Source: Octopus sinensis (taxonomy: Eukaryota). Taken from it: a stretch of DNA of 64,000 nt. This document shows positions 55,101 through 64,000 of the stretch, in pieces. Position numbers and translations under genes: made by a program. The DNA lies in NCBI RefSeq assembly GCF_006345805.1, contig NC_043022.1:9610001-9674000 (forward strand), written 5' to 3'. The number at the start of each line of letters is the position of its first letter. The first letter of the stretch is position 1. The notes under the pieces were generated by a model. It did not search any database, was not told the origin of the DNA, and was given only the letters and a program-made list of their open reading frames with translations.

Positions 55101-58100
55101 GTGTGTATTCCCTTATTTGATAGGTTTAACGCTTTAGCATTTAGATTATCCTGTCAAATATAATGCTCAATTATCCACATTGTTTTAAATTACCGTAAAT
55201 CCTCGAGTATAGTCTGCCCTTTAATATAATACGCAGGGGATTTTTAGTGGACTGTACCTCTGAAAAACCTAAACCTTGTGTATAATACGCACCCCTTGAG
55301 TCTAACTTGAGTCAAGGAGGTCTATATAACGTCCTTGGTTCGTAAAAATGTACACGGTAACGTCCTTTATTATTATTGTATATATAACATAATGCAAACG
55401 TGTAGCTTTTTTGTGCATTTTGTTTGCAGAAAATAAAGAAATAACGGTAATAACATTTAATAAATGTTGCTTACTGCAAGTTATGGATGATTCTTTTATG
55501 ACTTCATTGCTTTCAGGCTTAGCTTAAGGTATTTTCACGCCTGACATCACAAAATGCATCTGAATAAACATTGCCGGACTGCAAATAGAGACTAGAACAT
55601 TGCTTAGAAAATAATTTTCATTTTTAACCTCGTGTATAGTACGCACTAGGGATTTTGACCTTTAAATTTTGTGGAAAAAATGCGGATTATACTCGAGGAT
55701 TTACGGTAATCATGCATTATCTTGTAGCTTCAAGATTTGAACAATGTGATTGTTTATTTTTACACTGCCATAGTAGGGTAGGTGTGAGAGGCCAGACCTG
55801 GCCAGTTTGAACATAAAACCGGTAAAATATTTTGGTTGGTTATGGCTAGTTTAAATACTAAAGGGGTAATATTTATTTCATTGTATCATCATCATCATCA
55901 TCTTTTTTTTTAGTGAACATTGTCCATGCTGGAATGGGTTGGATGGTTTGACCAGACTGGCAAGGCTGGAAGGCTGTACTAGACACTAGTCTGAGTTGGC
56001 ATGGTTTCTACAGCTGGATGCCCTTCCTAATGCCAACCACTCCAAGAGTGTAATGGGTACTTTTATGCGCCACCAGTGCATAAACATAGAAATCATGTGA
56101 AATCAGATTGGAACCTGGTGCAGCTCTCTGGTTTATCACTTCCAGTCAAACTGTCTAAGTCATGCCAGTATGGAAAGTGGACACTAAATGATGATGATGA
56201 TGAGGATAACAACCAGGAATGAAGATTATATTACAGAAATTATACTTTCAATTGTGCTTATGTATCCGCTTCTCATCATATTACATGTTACCCTTGAGAA
56301 GAGAAGTTAAAAATTGGTTTCCTTTGTTGTGTAAGGACAAACAGTACAAAGGTTTTGTTGACTTGACAAATAGACATTATTTTTCTGGTGTCATTTAATG
56401 TGTCGATATATGAGTAGGATGTGGAAGCGCGTGGCTTAGTGGTTAGGGTGTCAGCACCATGATCGTAAGGTTGTGGTTTCGATTCCTGGACCGGGCGATG
56501 CGTTGTGTCCTTGAGCAAGACACTTCATTTCATGTTGCTCCAGTCCACTCAGCTAATGGTTAGGATGTTGCACTCATGACTTCTAGATTGTGGTTTCAAT
56601 TCCTGGACTGGGCAATGCATTGTGTTCTTGAGCAAAACACTTCATTTCATGTTGCTCCAGTCCACTCAGCTAATGGTTAGGATGTTGCACTCATGACTTC
56701 CAGATTGTGGTTTCAATTCCTGGACTGGGCAGTGCATTGTGTTCTTGAGCAAGACACTTCATTTCATGTTGCTCCAGTCCACTCAGCTAATGGTTAGGAT
56801 GTTGCACTCATGACTTCTAGATTGTGGTTTCAATTCCTGGACTGGGCAATGCATTGTGTTCTTGAGCAAAACACTTCATTTCATGTTGCTCCAGTCCACT
56901 CAGCTGGCAAAAATGAGTAACGCTGCGATGGACTGGTGTCCCATCCAGCTGGGGAACACATACGCCATAAAAACCGGGAAACCGGGCTCATGAGCCTGGC
57001 TAGGGTTTAAAAGGGCGCATTTATTTATTTATTATATGAGTAGGATGGGTGGATGTATATCATCATCATCATCCTCATCATTTTCCCCATGCTTGCAATT
57101 GGTCGGACGGAATTTATTTTGAGTTAGATTGTCTACATCCAGATGCCCTTCCTGTCACCAAACCTCATCTGTTTCCTCAGTCAAACTAAAATTCCCCCTC
57201 CTCCCCACTCTCTAGACATGTCTCAGAATATTGGAGTGTAACGATACATTGCTTGTTATGACTGTGATGCTCCTTTGCCAGCATCATGTGGTGCTGAAAT
57301 AAGGAGCTCTCCTGAATTCACTCACAAGGTTTTGTTCATCCTGGGCTACTGTAAAAAGATACTGAACTCAGAACCATGTGGTTGAGAAGCAAATTTCATA
57401 CCTATTTCTTTACTACCCTCAAGGGGCTAAACACAGAGGGGACAAATAAGGACAGACACACGGATTGAGTCGATTATATCGACCCCAGTGCGTAACTGGT
57501 ACTTAAATTATCGACCCCGAAAGGATGAAAGGCAAAGTCGACCTCGGCGGAATTTGAACTCAGAATGTAACGGCAGACGAAATACGGCTACGCATTTCAC
57601 CCGGCGTGCTAATGAGTCTGCCAGCTCGCCGCCTGGCAGAAATTTGGGAAGCAAATTTGATACCACATAGCCATAACTGCAAATATATGCATGTGTGTGT
57701 GTGTGTGTGTACTGCTGGTTTACATTAAAGCTTGTAAGGGTAATATATATTAATGAGTATGTAGTGTTATAATTATCAACTTTTGAATTATGAAATAATG
57801 TATTTCACTCATATTATATTCGTTAAAGTAAATTCAATTGTATTTTGTTTCGGAGAGCATTGAATATAAAGCTTTCACTTTTTTATTATAATAGTAACTA
57901 TGGAAGACCGGTGGGATTATTATTTGCATGGGCTTAAGAGTGGAAGATTCTTTGCTTTGGGCTGTGAGTTTGGTTTCATTGAATCTATCATTCTTTCCAT
58001 TTACAAAGTGTGTGAAGGTGATTCATTTATCAATGATTCGTTTATCACTGTCATCCCCCCTTCCCCCGCCGAAATAAACTCTTGCAATAAATGAAGAAGG

Positions 58101-58334
58101 CTGTACTAGCCAGTAAAGTAGGCACATTATGATTTGTGAGAGATTTGGCTGTTATTTCCAGCAGGTCCAGTGAGCTACATGGAAGCACTTTCAATTAGTT
58201 TATCTAAAAATAGTTTAAACTGTCTTGCATTTATGCTGCTTCTTCCATAGATAAGATTAATAACTTGTTGAATAATTTAATTACTGCATCTTTTCATTTT
58301 TTCGCATCCAATTATGTGTGACAAATAAAATAAA

Positions 58335-58365
<31 letters not shown>

Positions 58366-61300
58366 TAATAATAATAATAATGAAAATAGGATCATTGTAA
58401 ATTACATGCTTTAATATGGATGCATTTATTATTCAATAGATGGATGCTGCCAATAAAAATGCAATTTTCGTGTTATATATCTGTACTATCATTACTGTGC
58501 AATCCTTCTTCTATAGACAAAACGAAAGTATAATGGAACTGTTTGTTCATGTAGCTTCCCTGGCAATCTATTTTGGGTTTGTTTTCTGCTAACCAAAGTT
58601 CCCCTTGTGTGTGTGTGTGTGTGTGTATGATTTTTTTTTGTCTTACAGGTACTTGGTGACTCTGTCAATGCAGGTGCCACTTAAAAGTACCCAGTGCACA
58701 CAGTAAAGTGGTTGGTGTTTGGAAGGGCATCCAGTTGTAAAGAGCTTGCTGAAACTGACCTTACTGTGCTTGTGCCATGTGAAAAGCACTACGTCCACTC
58801 TGCTGAGTGGCTGGTGTTAGGGAGAGCATCCAGCTGTAAAAATCTTTCCAAAACAGTCACAGAAGTTGGGTGCAGGCTTCTGCCTGGCTAGCTCTTGTGA
58901 AACCATCTGTAAACACACCCATGCTGGTGGCACGTAAAAAAGAGCACTCGGCACACTCTGGCATTAGGTAGGGCATCCAGCTGTAGAAACTATGCCTCAA
59001 CAGACAACTGGAGTGTGGATAGCTCCTTGCTAGCCAGCTCCAAGTCAAACTGTCCAACCCATACCAGCAAGGAAAACAGGTGTTCATCATCATCATTGTT
59101 CGACCGTGGTCGAGACAATGGAATTTACCATGCTACGCCAGACTTCACAGTCCATCATAGCATTATGGAGGTCCTGTTGCTGGATGCCTGTATCCCTGGA
59201 GATTACATCAGGGTCAGAGAGTGTGCGCCCTCTGGTATTGCAAGTAGATGGCTTCCAGAGGAGAAGAGTAGAAATTGCCTCATTTTCAGCTCTACAACAA
59301 TGTCCAGCAAACTGGACTCTCCTACCTTTCACAAGAGATGACACAGGTGGTAGTTTCCCATATATTTGCATTTTGGTTGGATGACGCTTCCACGAGAGAT
59401 TTTGAGCTCTTATAAGGAGGTGAGTGTAGGTTCCATCCAACCGCCTCTCAAGCTTCTTTGATAACGTCCAGGTTTCTGAGCCATATAGTAGAATTGGTTC
59501 GACTGTGGCTTTGAAGATTTCAAGTTTGAAGTCTCTACTTAGATTTGATGACCAGATCTTATGCATGTCATTACAGGCTGACCAGGCCATACCCTTTCTA
59601 GTTAGAAAATCTTTTCCAGATGATGATATGTATGACTCAAGATATTTGTAATCAGAAACCATATTTAAGCAGGTGTTAAGTGATGATGGTGATTTTGTAT
59701 TTAAATATAAACACTTTAAATACACTTTAATCATTATCATCATTTAAAGTCCATCTTCCATGCATGCATGGGTAGGACAGCTGACAGGAGCTGGCGAAGT
59801 AGAAGACTACCCCAGGCTACTGTGTCTGTTTTGGCAGGGTTTTTTTTTGGCTAGATGCCCTTCCTAACACTAACAATACATAATTAATTCAAAACAAATG
59901 TGAATAAATAAACTTTACATTTGGCAGAACAATTTGAATGCTAAAGGGTTAAAATTTATTTTTTGATTTATTTTAAAAACCTTTTGTTTTACAGAGAAAT
60001 GTGGTGCGTAGACTTTGTTGTTGTGGCCTGGGTTGGAACCCAGTCAGAACTTAGAAAGAAATGGAATTGTCTTAATTCCTTTTTATTAATTTCATGTGTT
60101 TTTGTCCCTTTAACAGGTGTTACTTAATTCAAAACTTCCTGTAGATATATTAGGACACATTTGGGACCTCAGTGATGTTGATAAGGATGGCTTCCTTGAT
60201 AAAGATGAATTTGCAGTGGTAAGTATTCATATCTCCTTTTTACCTTTTATCTTTCATCTCTTTCAGTGCTTGAACTGTGGCCATGCTGGAGCACCCTTTG
60301 AAGGATTTATTTGGCTTGTTGATTCCTGTTAAACAAGCCAGCACTGATTGTTAGGTTGTGGAGCAAACATGAACACAAAGACACACTCACACATACATAC
60401 AAATATATAAATACGAATGGTTTCCACATAGTTTCCATCTGCTACCAACTCATTCCCTATCTGTAATCATCTGTCACACTATTCTCTCTCAGCACACTTA
60501 TCTACATATCTGCCTTTTCTGCTCCTCTGTCCTATGTTGTCTCCCATATTCACCATGTGCTTCTCTCTCTCTTCATGTGGCCAAGCTATGTAGTCACCTC
60601 TTCAGCCAGACTCCTGCTCCTCTCCATCTACCGTAGTTTCTTATCCCTCCACTCTATACTGCTCTTAGTTGAGGTAGGGGTCTTGTCTTGCATGTCCTTG
60701 AACCTCACTGGTGGTGGTGCCACATGAAAAGCACCCAGTGCATTCTGTGAAGTGGATGGCATTAAGAAGGGCATCCAATTGTAGAAACCATACCAAAGCA
60801 AGCATAGAACCTGTTGCAACTCCCTAACTCATCTGTTGCCAAACCATTCAACCCATGCCAGCATGGAAAAAGGGCCGTTAAATGATGATTATGATAAAGA
60901 TTTTGGTGATGATGATGATGTGTATGTTTGTATTGTGCTAGCCCCTCCCCCCTACTGCTTGACAACCGGTGTTGCTTTGTTTATGTCCCTGTGATTTCGT
61001 AGTTTGGCAGAGACACTGATAGAATAAGTTCTAGGCTTTAAAAAATAACTACTGAGGTCTAATCATTCAATTCACACCCTTCAAAGCTGTGTTCCAGCAT
61101 GGCCACAATCCAATGACTGAAACAAATAAAAGAAAAAATATAAACGTATTCGTTTTAATAATTAATTTATCTCCTTCGGTGGTGGGAGAAAGAGAAAAAA
61201 ATTATTTCTTCTTCTTTTCCTATTTTAAAATATTTTTAAGTAAATGTATTTTTAATTCAATTATCCTGCACATGTAAGCGAAAGCATGGTATTGCAATCA

Positions 61301-61766
61301 CTTGTCTTTGTCTGTTTGTCTTCAAAATTACTGGAAAACAGCTGAATGGATTTTCACCAAATTTGGCAGAAATACTCCTTGGGTGAGTGGCTTGAAATGA
61401 TGAAAATTTGGTTTGATTATCTTCAAACATACATAAATATATACATAGATATGCGACTGTGTGTACAGTAATAGATTTGAGGGTTTCGTTTATTTACGAG
61501 TTGGTTTCCTAATTTCACCAGAGTGTAAATACCTATAATGGTGATACTATTTTGCTTTTTTACTTGTTTCAGTCATTTGACTGTGGCCATGCTGGAGCAC
61601 CGCCTTTAGTCGAGCAAATCGACCCCAGGACATTTTTTAGAAGCCTAGTACTTATTCTATCGGTCTCTTTTGCCGAACCGCTAAGTTATGGGGACATAAA
61701 CACACCACCATTGGTTGTCAAGCGATGTTTCGGGGACAGACACAGAAACACAAACATACACACACA

Positions 61767-61808
<42 letters not shown>

Positions 61809-62527
61809 GACGGGCTTCTTTCAGTTTCCGTCAACCAAATCCACTCACAAGGCTTTGGTCGGCCCAAGACACTTGCCCAAGGTGATACTTAAATATTTAA
61901 AAAATCGAACCTACAAATTTCCTGATAAGCAAGTTTAGACAAACACTTACAAAGCTTAATTCAGTTCAATTAAAAGGGCATAGGTAAGCAAAACATTGTA
62001 AGCCACACAATCATCGTTTAACGTCCGCTTTCCATGCTAGCATAGGTTGGACGATTTGACTGAGGGCTGGCGAACCAGATGGCTGCACCAGGCTTCAATC
62101 TTGACCTGGAAGAGTTTCTACAGCTGGATGTCCTTCCTAACGCCAACCACTCTGAGAATGTAGTGGGTGCTTTTACATGCCACCGGCACGGGGCCAGTCA
62201 GGCAGTACTGGCAACGACCTCGCTCGAATCTTTTATGCATGCCACCGGCACAGGTGCCAGGAAGGCAATGCTGGTAATGATACTATGATTTTGGAAAAAA
62301 TTTATCTGTGCACAGGGTATGTATCGCCTTTCTGACGCCTTTTTTTTTGTCATTTAATTTTTGTTTCTGTTTTTCAGGCAATGCATTTGGTATATAGTGC
62401 ATTGGAAAATAACCCGGTTCCTACGACATTGCCACCAAAATTAATCCCCCCTTCGAAGCGTAAGCGTGTCTCATTACCTGGTGGAACCATCACAGATTCA
62501 TTACCACCAAGAACTGATTCTCCTGCT
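16835..62527 (+). CDS. eps15: EPS15/EPS15L1-family endocytic adaptor, partial CDS joining 7 exons (233 aa, EH1 + EH2 + linker); 5' and 3' ends outside window
   Basis: Exons found by reading AG...GT-bounded frames splice in frame to [74 protein letters not shown]...[91 protein letters not shown]. This is collinear with the EH1/EH2 region of EPS15-family proteins as I recall them. Introns are 14274, 12190, 8655, 1147, 6569 and 2159 bp. Confidence 0.95.
17848..19028 (+). mobile_element. Non-autonomous hAT (Charlie/GTF2IRD2-like) transposon
   Basis: TIR caggggtgggc(a/g)aact, 8-bp TSD tactagac (17840-17847, 19029-19036). Transposase C-terminus [22 protein letters not shown]|[10 protein letters not shown]...[16 protein letters not shown]...SH* at 17903-18526. 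Confidence 0.92.
17978..18359 (+). mobile_element. tRNA-derived SINE family C (tail type 1) nested in the hAT element
   Basis: A box tggcccagtgg, B box ggtttcgattcc, TSD acatatgtgag (17967-17977, 18360-18370). Confidence 0.9.
20521..20883. mobile_element. Tc1/mariner-pogo (Tigger-like) MITE
   Basis: Degenerate TIRs cagtgataactcgcagtatgag and ctcgtacggcaaggttctactg, TA on both sides. Confidence 0.65.
21321..21374 (-). ncRNA. Hammerhead ribozyme-like motif
   Basis: Minus strand CTGAAGA, stem II ATATG/CATAT, GAAA, stem III ACT/AGT, triplet GUA. Stem I is imperfect. Confidence 0.5.
21905..22200 (+). mobile_element. SINE family C (tail type 2, ending gatcacgtg)
   Basis: Same head as 17978 but a different 3' half. 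Confidence 0.88.
22623..22913 (-). mobile_element. SINE family C (tail type 2), inverted relative to 21905-22200
   Basis: Reverse complement of the 21905 copy over about 290 bp. Confidence 0.88.
22915..23004. repeat. (TA)45 microsatellite
   Basis: 90 bp of pure TA dinucleotide. Confidence 0.95.
23025..23661 (+). mobile_element. Family D: RTE-like LINE 3' UTR (or LINE-tailed SINE) with internal tandem units and (GAT)n tail
   Basis: Conserved gagtggttggcgttaggaagggcatccagctgtagaaac...gcggacgttaaatgatgatg. Other copies at about 4263, 8961, 16915, 20922(-), 28970, 29500, 37062(-), 38880, 49416, 54900, 58640 and 62010(-). Some copies begin with a WxYxVLE-like (WRYAVLEK-type) ORF end. Confidence 0.8.
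24588..25068 (-). mobile_element. SINE family A, one of three adjacent minus-strand copies (about 24165-24562, 24588-25068, 25080-25600)
   Basis: Collinear with the family A consensus seen elsewhere in the window. Confidence 0.8.
26282..26453. mobile_element. Tc1/mariner-type MITE, 172 bp
   Basis: TIR ctgtattttaacgt(g/a)tataag at both ends, TA TSD. Confidence 0.8.
26501..26760. repeat. About 117-bp-arm palindrome in (TA)n, probable inverted PLE terminal repeat
   Basis: Arms 26501-26617 and 26644-26760 are reverse complements with scattered mismatches. The loop contains tcttcag (CTGAAGA on the minus strand). Confidence 0.75.
26930..27660 (-). mobile_element. Penelope-like retroelement remnant: RT C-terminus + GIY-YIG endonuclease (decayed)
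   Basis: Minus frames [81 protein letters not shown]...KTYIRLT match PLE motifs FNPP, HKIFNRNTVKVSYSC and GIY-YIG, as recalled. Confidence 0.8.
28545..28900 (-). mobile_element. Non-autonomous Helitron, 356 bp
   Basis: Minus 5' TCTCTATATATATAAAC, 3' hairpin + CTAG, inserted between host A and T (a28544, t28901). Confidence 0.75.
31154..31243 (+). CDS. eps15: eps15 exon, 90 nt, EH1 first EF-hand ([30 protein letters not shown])
   Basis: Acceptor ttatcttttcag, donor gtaatg. Contains the DAARFLKKS motif typical of EH1. Confidence 0.95.
32187..32583 (+). mobile_element. SINE family A, full length
   Basis: caggagtggctgtgtggtaagtagcttgc head to aagtaaaagagtaaa tail. Confidence 0.9.
34859..36307 (-). 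mobile_element. Decayed hAT transposon (ZMYM1-like transposase); ends tentative
   Basis: Minus ORF 35011-35382 [50 protein letters not shown] is the hAT dimerisation domain, followed by [13 protein letters not shown]. Candidate TIRs cagtggtgactctgg and cagtgtttactcagg (12/15). No TSD seen. Confidence 0.7.
38648..38877 (+). mobile_element. SINE family B inserted in a family D element
   Basis: TSD ggtatgtaaaaag at 38635-38647 and 38878-38890. Confidence 0.9.
41054..42541 (+). mobile_element. Helitron with PIF1-like helicase remnant
   Basis: 5' TC after A; 3' hairpin cccg..cggg + CTAG before T. ORF 41950-42366 [14 protein letters not shown]...[13 protein letters not shown], then frameshifted LKLKVSAP...LIRNL...CNGTR. 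Confidence 0.85.
42909..43091. repeat. 84-bp-arm palindrome between (TA)n tracts, with HHR-like core in each arm
   Basis: Arms 42909-42992 and 43008-43091 differ at 3 positions. The 15-bp spacer duplicates part of the right arm. Plus strand 43021-43058 reads CTGT CCGATGA ACGGTAATGG GAAA CTCAGAGT A ACAG. Confidence 0.8.
43434..43577 (+). CDS. eps15: eps15 exon, 144 nt, EH1 second half ([48 protein letters not shown])
   Basis: Acceptor ttcttcttcag, donor gtaagt. IWDLSD and FFIALKL are EH signatures. Confidence 0.95.
44460..45470 (-). mobile_element. Decayed HERO/NeSL-type (restriction-like endonuclease) non-LTR retrotransposon fragment
   Basis: Minus frames [19 protein letters not shown]...[14 protein letters not shown]...; [18 protein letters not shown]...CSKIETLE|[13 protein letters not shown] resemble the HERO C-terminal CCHC region, as recalled. 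Confidence 0.6.
44673..44898 (-). mobile_element. SINE family B inside the HERO-like fragment
   Basis: 18-bp TSD ttcaagggtctctatctt at 44655-44672 and 44899-44916. Confidence 0.92.
45562..46189. mobile_element. Family E piggyBac-like MITE interrupted by a SINE A (45711-46113, minus)
   Basis: TTAA at 45558-45561 and 46190-46193; the two halves rejoin at agata|atgca. Confidence 0.8.
47060..47770. repeat. Compound trinucleotide tract (ACC/ACT/ATC) with repeated cccaaactaccaattctactac
   Basis: Low-complexity sequence that yields poly-T/H/Y/L ORFs in several frames. Confidence 0.9.
49109..49415 (-). mobile_element. SINE family C (tail type 2), abutting a family D element at 49416-49840
   Basis: Reverse complement of the 21905 copy. 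Confidence 0.85.
49990..50226. mobile_element. Tigger/pogo-like MITE; a second partial copy lies at about 11050-11269 with a 13-bp internal repeat x4
   Basis: TIR-like cagtaatcccttgactatcgcgg and ccgtgatatggcgaggaattactg followed by TA. Confidence 0.65.
52233..52316 (+). CDS. eps15: eps15 exon, 84 nt, Pro-rich EH1-EH2 linker ending in the conserved W ([28 protein letters not shown])
   Basis: Acceptor ttaatttag, donor gtaagt. Keeps the frame between neighbouring exons, and WVIL sits where EPS15 has WAVK. Confidence 0.8.
53464..53547 (+). CDS. eps15: eps15 exon, 84 nt, EH2 start ([28 protein letters not shown])
   Basis: Acceptor ttttttcattgcag, donor gtaagt. Nearly identical to EPS15 EH2 [27 protein letters not shown] (recalled). 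Confidence 0.95.
54431..54920 (+). repeat. Minisatellite, 7 x 70 bp, inside a family D element
   Basis: Unit ctcttgccttgtgagtcacttggtgacctcactagtgctggtgccatgggggaaaac(a/g)gcacccggtgc(c/t). Confidence 0.95.
55193..55706. mobile_element. Tc1/mariner-type MITE, 514 bp, nested in a family E MITE
   Basis: Perfect TIR ccgtaaatcctcgagtata, TA TSD (55191-55192, 55707-55708). Confidence 0.9.
56422..57032 (+). mobile_element. tRNA-derived SINE with four tandem 117-bp head+core units
   Basis: Units start at 56440, 56557, 56674 and 56791; 15-bp TSD tatatgagtaggatg (56407-56421, 57033-57047); (ttta)n tail. Confidence 0.9.
57405..57633 (-). mobile_element. SINE family B
   Basis: Collinear with 38648-38877. 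Confidence 0.88.
59085..59700 (-). mobile_element. 5'-truncated RTE-clade LINE, ORF2 C-terminus still open, (TGA)n tail
   Basis: ORF 59093-59743 DYKYLESYI...[14 protein letters not shown]...[11 protein letters not shown]...WRSMV is a typical post-RT region. Confidence 0.88.
60117..60218 (+). CDS. eps15: eps15 exon, 102 nt, EH2 core with canonical EF-hand [12 protein letters not shown]
   Basis: Acceptor ccctttaacag, donor gtaagt. Reads [34 protein letters not shown]. Confidence 0.97.
61270..61440 (+). mobile_element. Possible Helentron-associated (HINE/DINE-like) fragment
   Basis: gtctgtttgtc...gctgaatggattttcaccaaatttggc resembles that class; short and degenerate. Confidence 0.3.
62378..62527 (+). 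CDS. eps15: eps15 exon, 150 nt, EH2 end and linker ([36 protein letters not shown]...DSPA)
   Basis: Acceptor ttttcag, donor gtgagt. AMHLVY and LIPPSKRK motifs. Confidence 0.95.
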
Positions 62528-62760
62528 GTGAGTATATTCTTCATTTATAGATTTATTGATTTACTTAGTTGCTTGTTTAGATTATCAGTTAGGGCTCTTT
62601 TCACTGCCCCTAACCTTTTCTCCCTGCAATACTGGGTAAAATGACACGTCCCCTGCCAATTATTTCTACCTTCCCCTATTGAGTGGGATCAGTAACCATA
62701 CAACCTTTGTACAAGAACTTACTCCGTTCCCCTCATTCTCTTATACTCTAACCCAAGGGT

Positions 62761-63283
62761 TACTCTCTTTTTACTCTCTTTTACTTGTTCCAGTCATTTG
62801 ACTGCAGCCATGCTAGAGCACCACCTTTAGTTGAGCAAATCAACCCCAGGATTTATTCTTCGTAAGCCTAGTACTTATTCTATCGGTCTCTTTTACTTGT
62901 TCCAGTCATTTGACTGCAGCCATGCAACGTTTAGTTGAGCAAATCAACCCCAGGACTTATTCTTCGTAAGCCTAGTACTTATTCTATCAGTCTCTTTTGC
63001 TGAACTACTAAGTTACAGGGATGTAAACACACCAGCATCGGTTGTCAAGCGATGTTGGGGGGACAAACACAGACACACACACACACACACACCACACACA
63101 CACACACACACATATATATACACGATGGGCTTCCTTCAGTTTCCGTCTACTAAATCCACTCACAAGGCTTTGGTCAGCCCAAGGCTATACTAGAAGACAC
63201 TTGCCCAAGGTGCCACGCAGTGGGACTGATCCCGGAACCATGTGGTTGGTAAGCAAGCTACTTACCACACAGCCACTCCTGCG
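62761..63283 (-). mobile_element. SINE family A with an internal duplication of about 113 bp, splitting the left end of a hAT-type MITE (about 62754-63620)
   Basis: Duplicated tail block. The host MITE reads caagggt|ctctcaact...ggttgagaactactg. Confidence 0.75.
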
Positions 63284-64000
63284 TCTCTCAACTATTTTTT
63301 TACCCATGGACCCCTTTTACCCCACTTTTACCTTTTTTTACTTATGGACCCTATTTTATTCTGGTGGACCCCAATAGCCATCCTATGTTTAAAAACTGTT
63401 TTTTTATACAGACTTCTTTCAAATTTCCTATTTTGTTGTTCACACATCAACTTATGTAGGTTGAACTATGTAAAATGTTAGAGAAAGAAACCTGGCTCTT
63501 TCTTGCAATACACACCGATACATACACCTGAAGCAAAATGCTATTGTGGATCCCCTATTTACTATTTCATTGCATGGAAACCCCACCAATCTTATATGGA
63601 CCCTGGTTGAGAACTACTGATCAAGGTCTCTCAGCCATTTTTCTATCTATGAACCCCTTTAACTACTATTTTATTCTGGTGGACCCCACTAACCATTTAA
63701 TAGTACTTATTCTATCAGTTTCTTTTGCTGAACTGCTAAGTTATGGGGATGTAAACACACCAGCATCGGTTGTCAAGCTATGTTGGTGGGACAGACACTT
63801 GCACACACACACGTGACGGGCTTCTTTCAGTTTCTGTCTACCAAATCCACTCACAAGGCTTTGGTCGGCCTGAGGCTATAGTAGAAGACACTTGCCCAAG
63901 GTGCTGTGCAGTGGGACTGAACCCGGAACCATGTGATTGGTAAGCAAGCTTCTTACCACACAGCCACTGCTATATGTATGTAGATATATACATACATATA

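Noticed and set aside
59093-59743. 216-aa antisense ORF as a nested host gene
   Set aside because: It is the 3' end of an RTE-type LINE ORF2 with a (TGA)n tail and lacks the RT catalytic core.
31154-62527. Assignment to intersectin, REPS or EHD instead of EPS15
   Set aside because: The tandem N-terminal EH1-EH2 with [19 protein letters not shown] and PPSKRK motifs fits EPS15/EPS15L1.

Overview
AT-rich, repeat-saturated eukaryotic DNA. The tRNA-derived SINE families and (TA)n/(CA)n/(GAT)n load look like an Octopus (coleoid cephalopod) genome; this assignment is my inference. The window carries seven coding exons of one + strand gene, the EPS15/EPS15L1 orthologue (eps15): 16835-16879, 31154-31243, 43434-43577, 52233-52316, 53464-53547, 60117-60218 and 62378-62527. 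These are 699 nt, all phase 0 with GT-AG boundaries, and encode EH domains 1 and 2 plus the PPSKRK linker. The start exon and the 3' exons lie outside the window. The rest is intron, filled with SINEs, RTE-type LINE 3' ends, and remnants of HERO/NeSL, Gypsy, hAT, Tc1/mariner-pogo, piggyBac-like, Helitron and Penelope-like (PLE) elements, often nested with readable target-site duplications (TSDs). The most notable signal is at least five unrelated inverted-repeat modules in or beside (TA)n tracts, most carrying minimal hammerhead-ribozyme (HHR) cores (CUGANGA...GAAA...NUH). One of them sits next to a decayed PLE RT/GIY-YIG ORF, and two cores are on the eps15 sense strand. Also notable are a four-headed SINE with a 15-bp TSD, a 7 x 70-bp AP-1/hairpin array, head/tail module swapping among SINEs, and an insertion hotspot in a TTAA MITE. 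All alignments and translations were done by eye; no database search was run.
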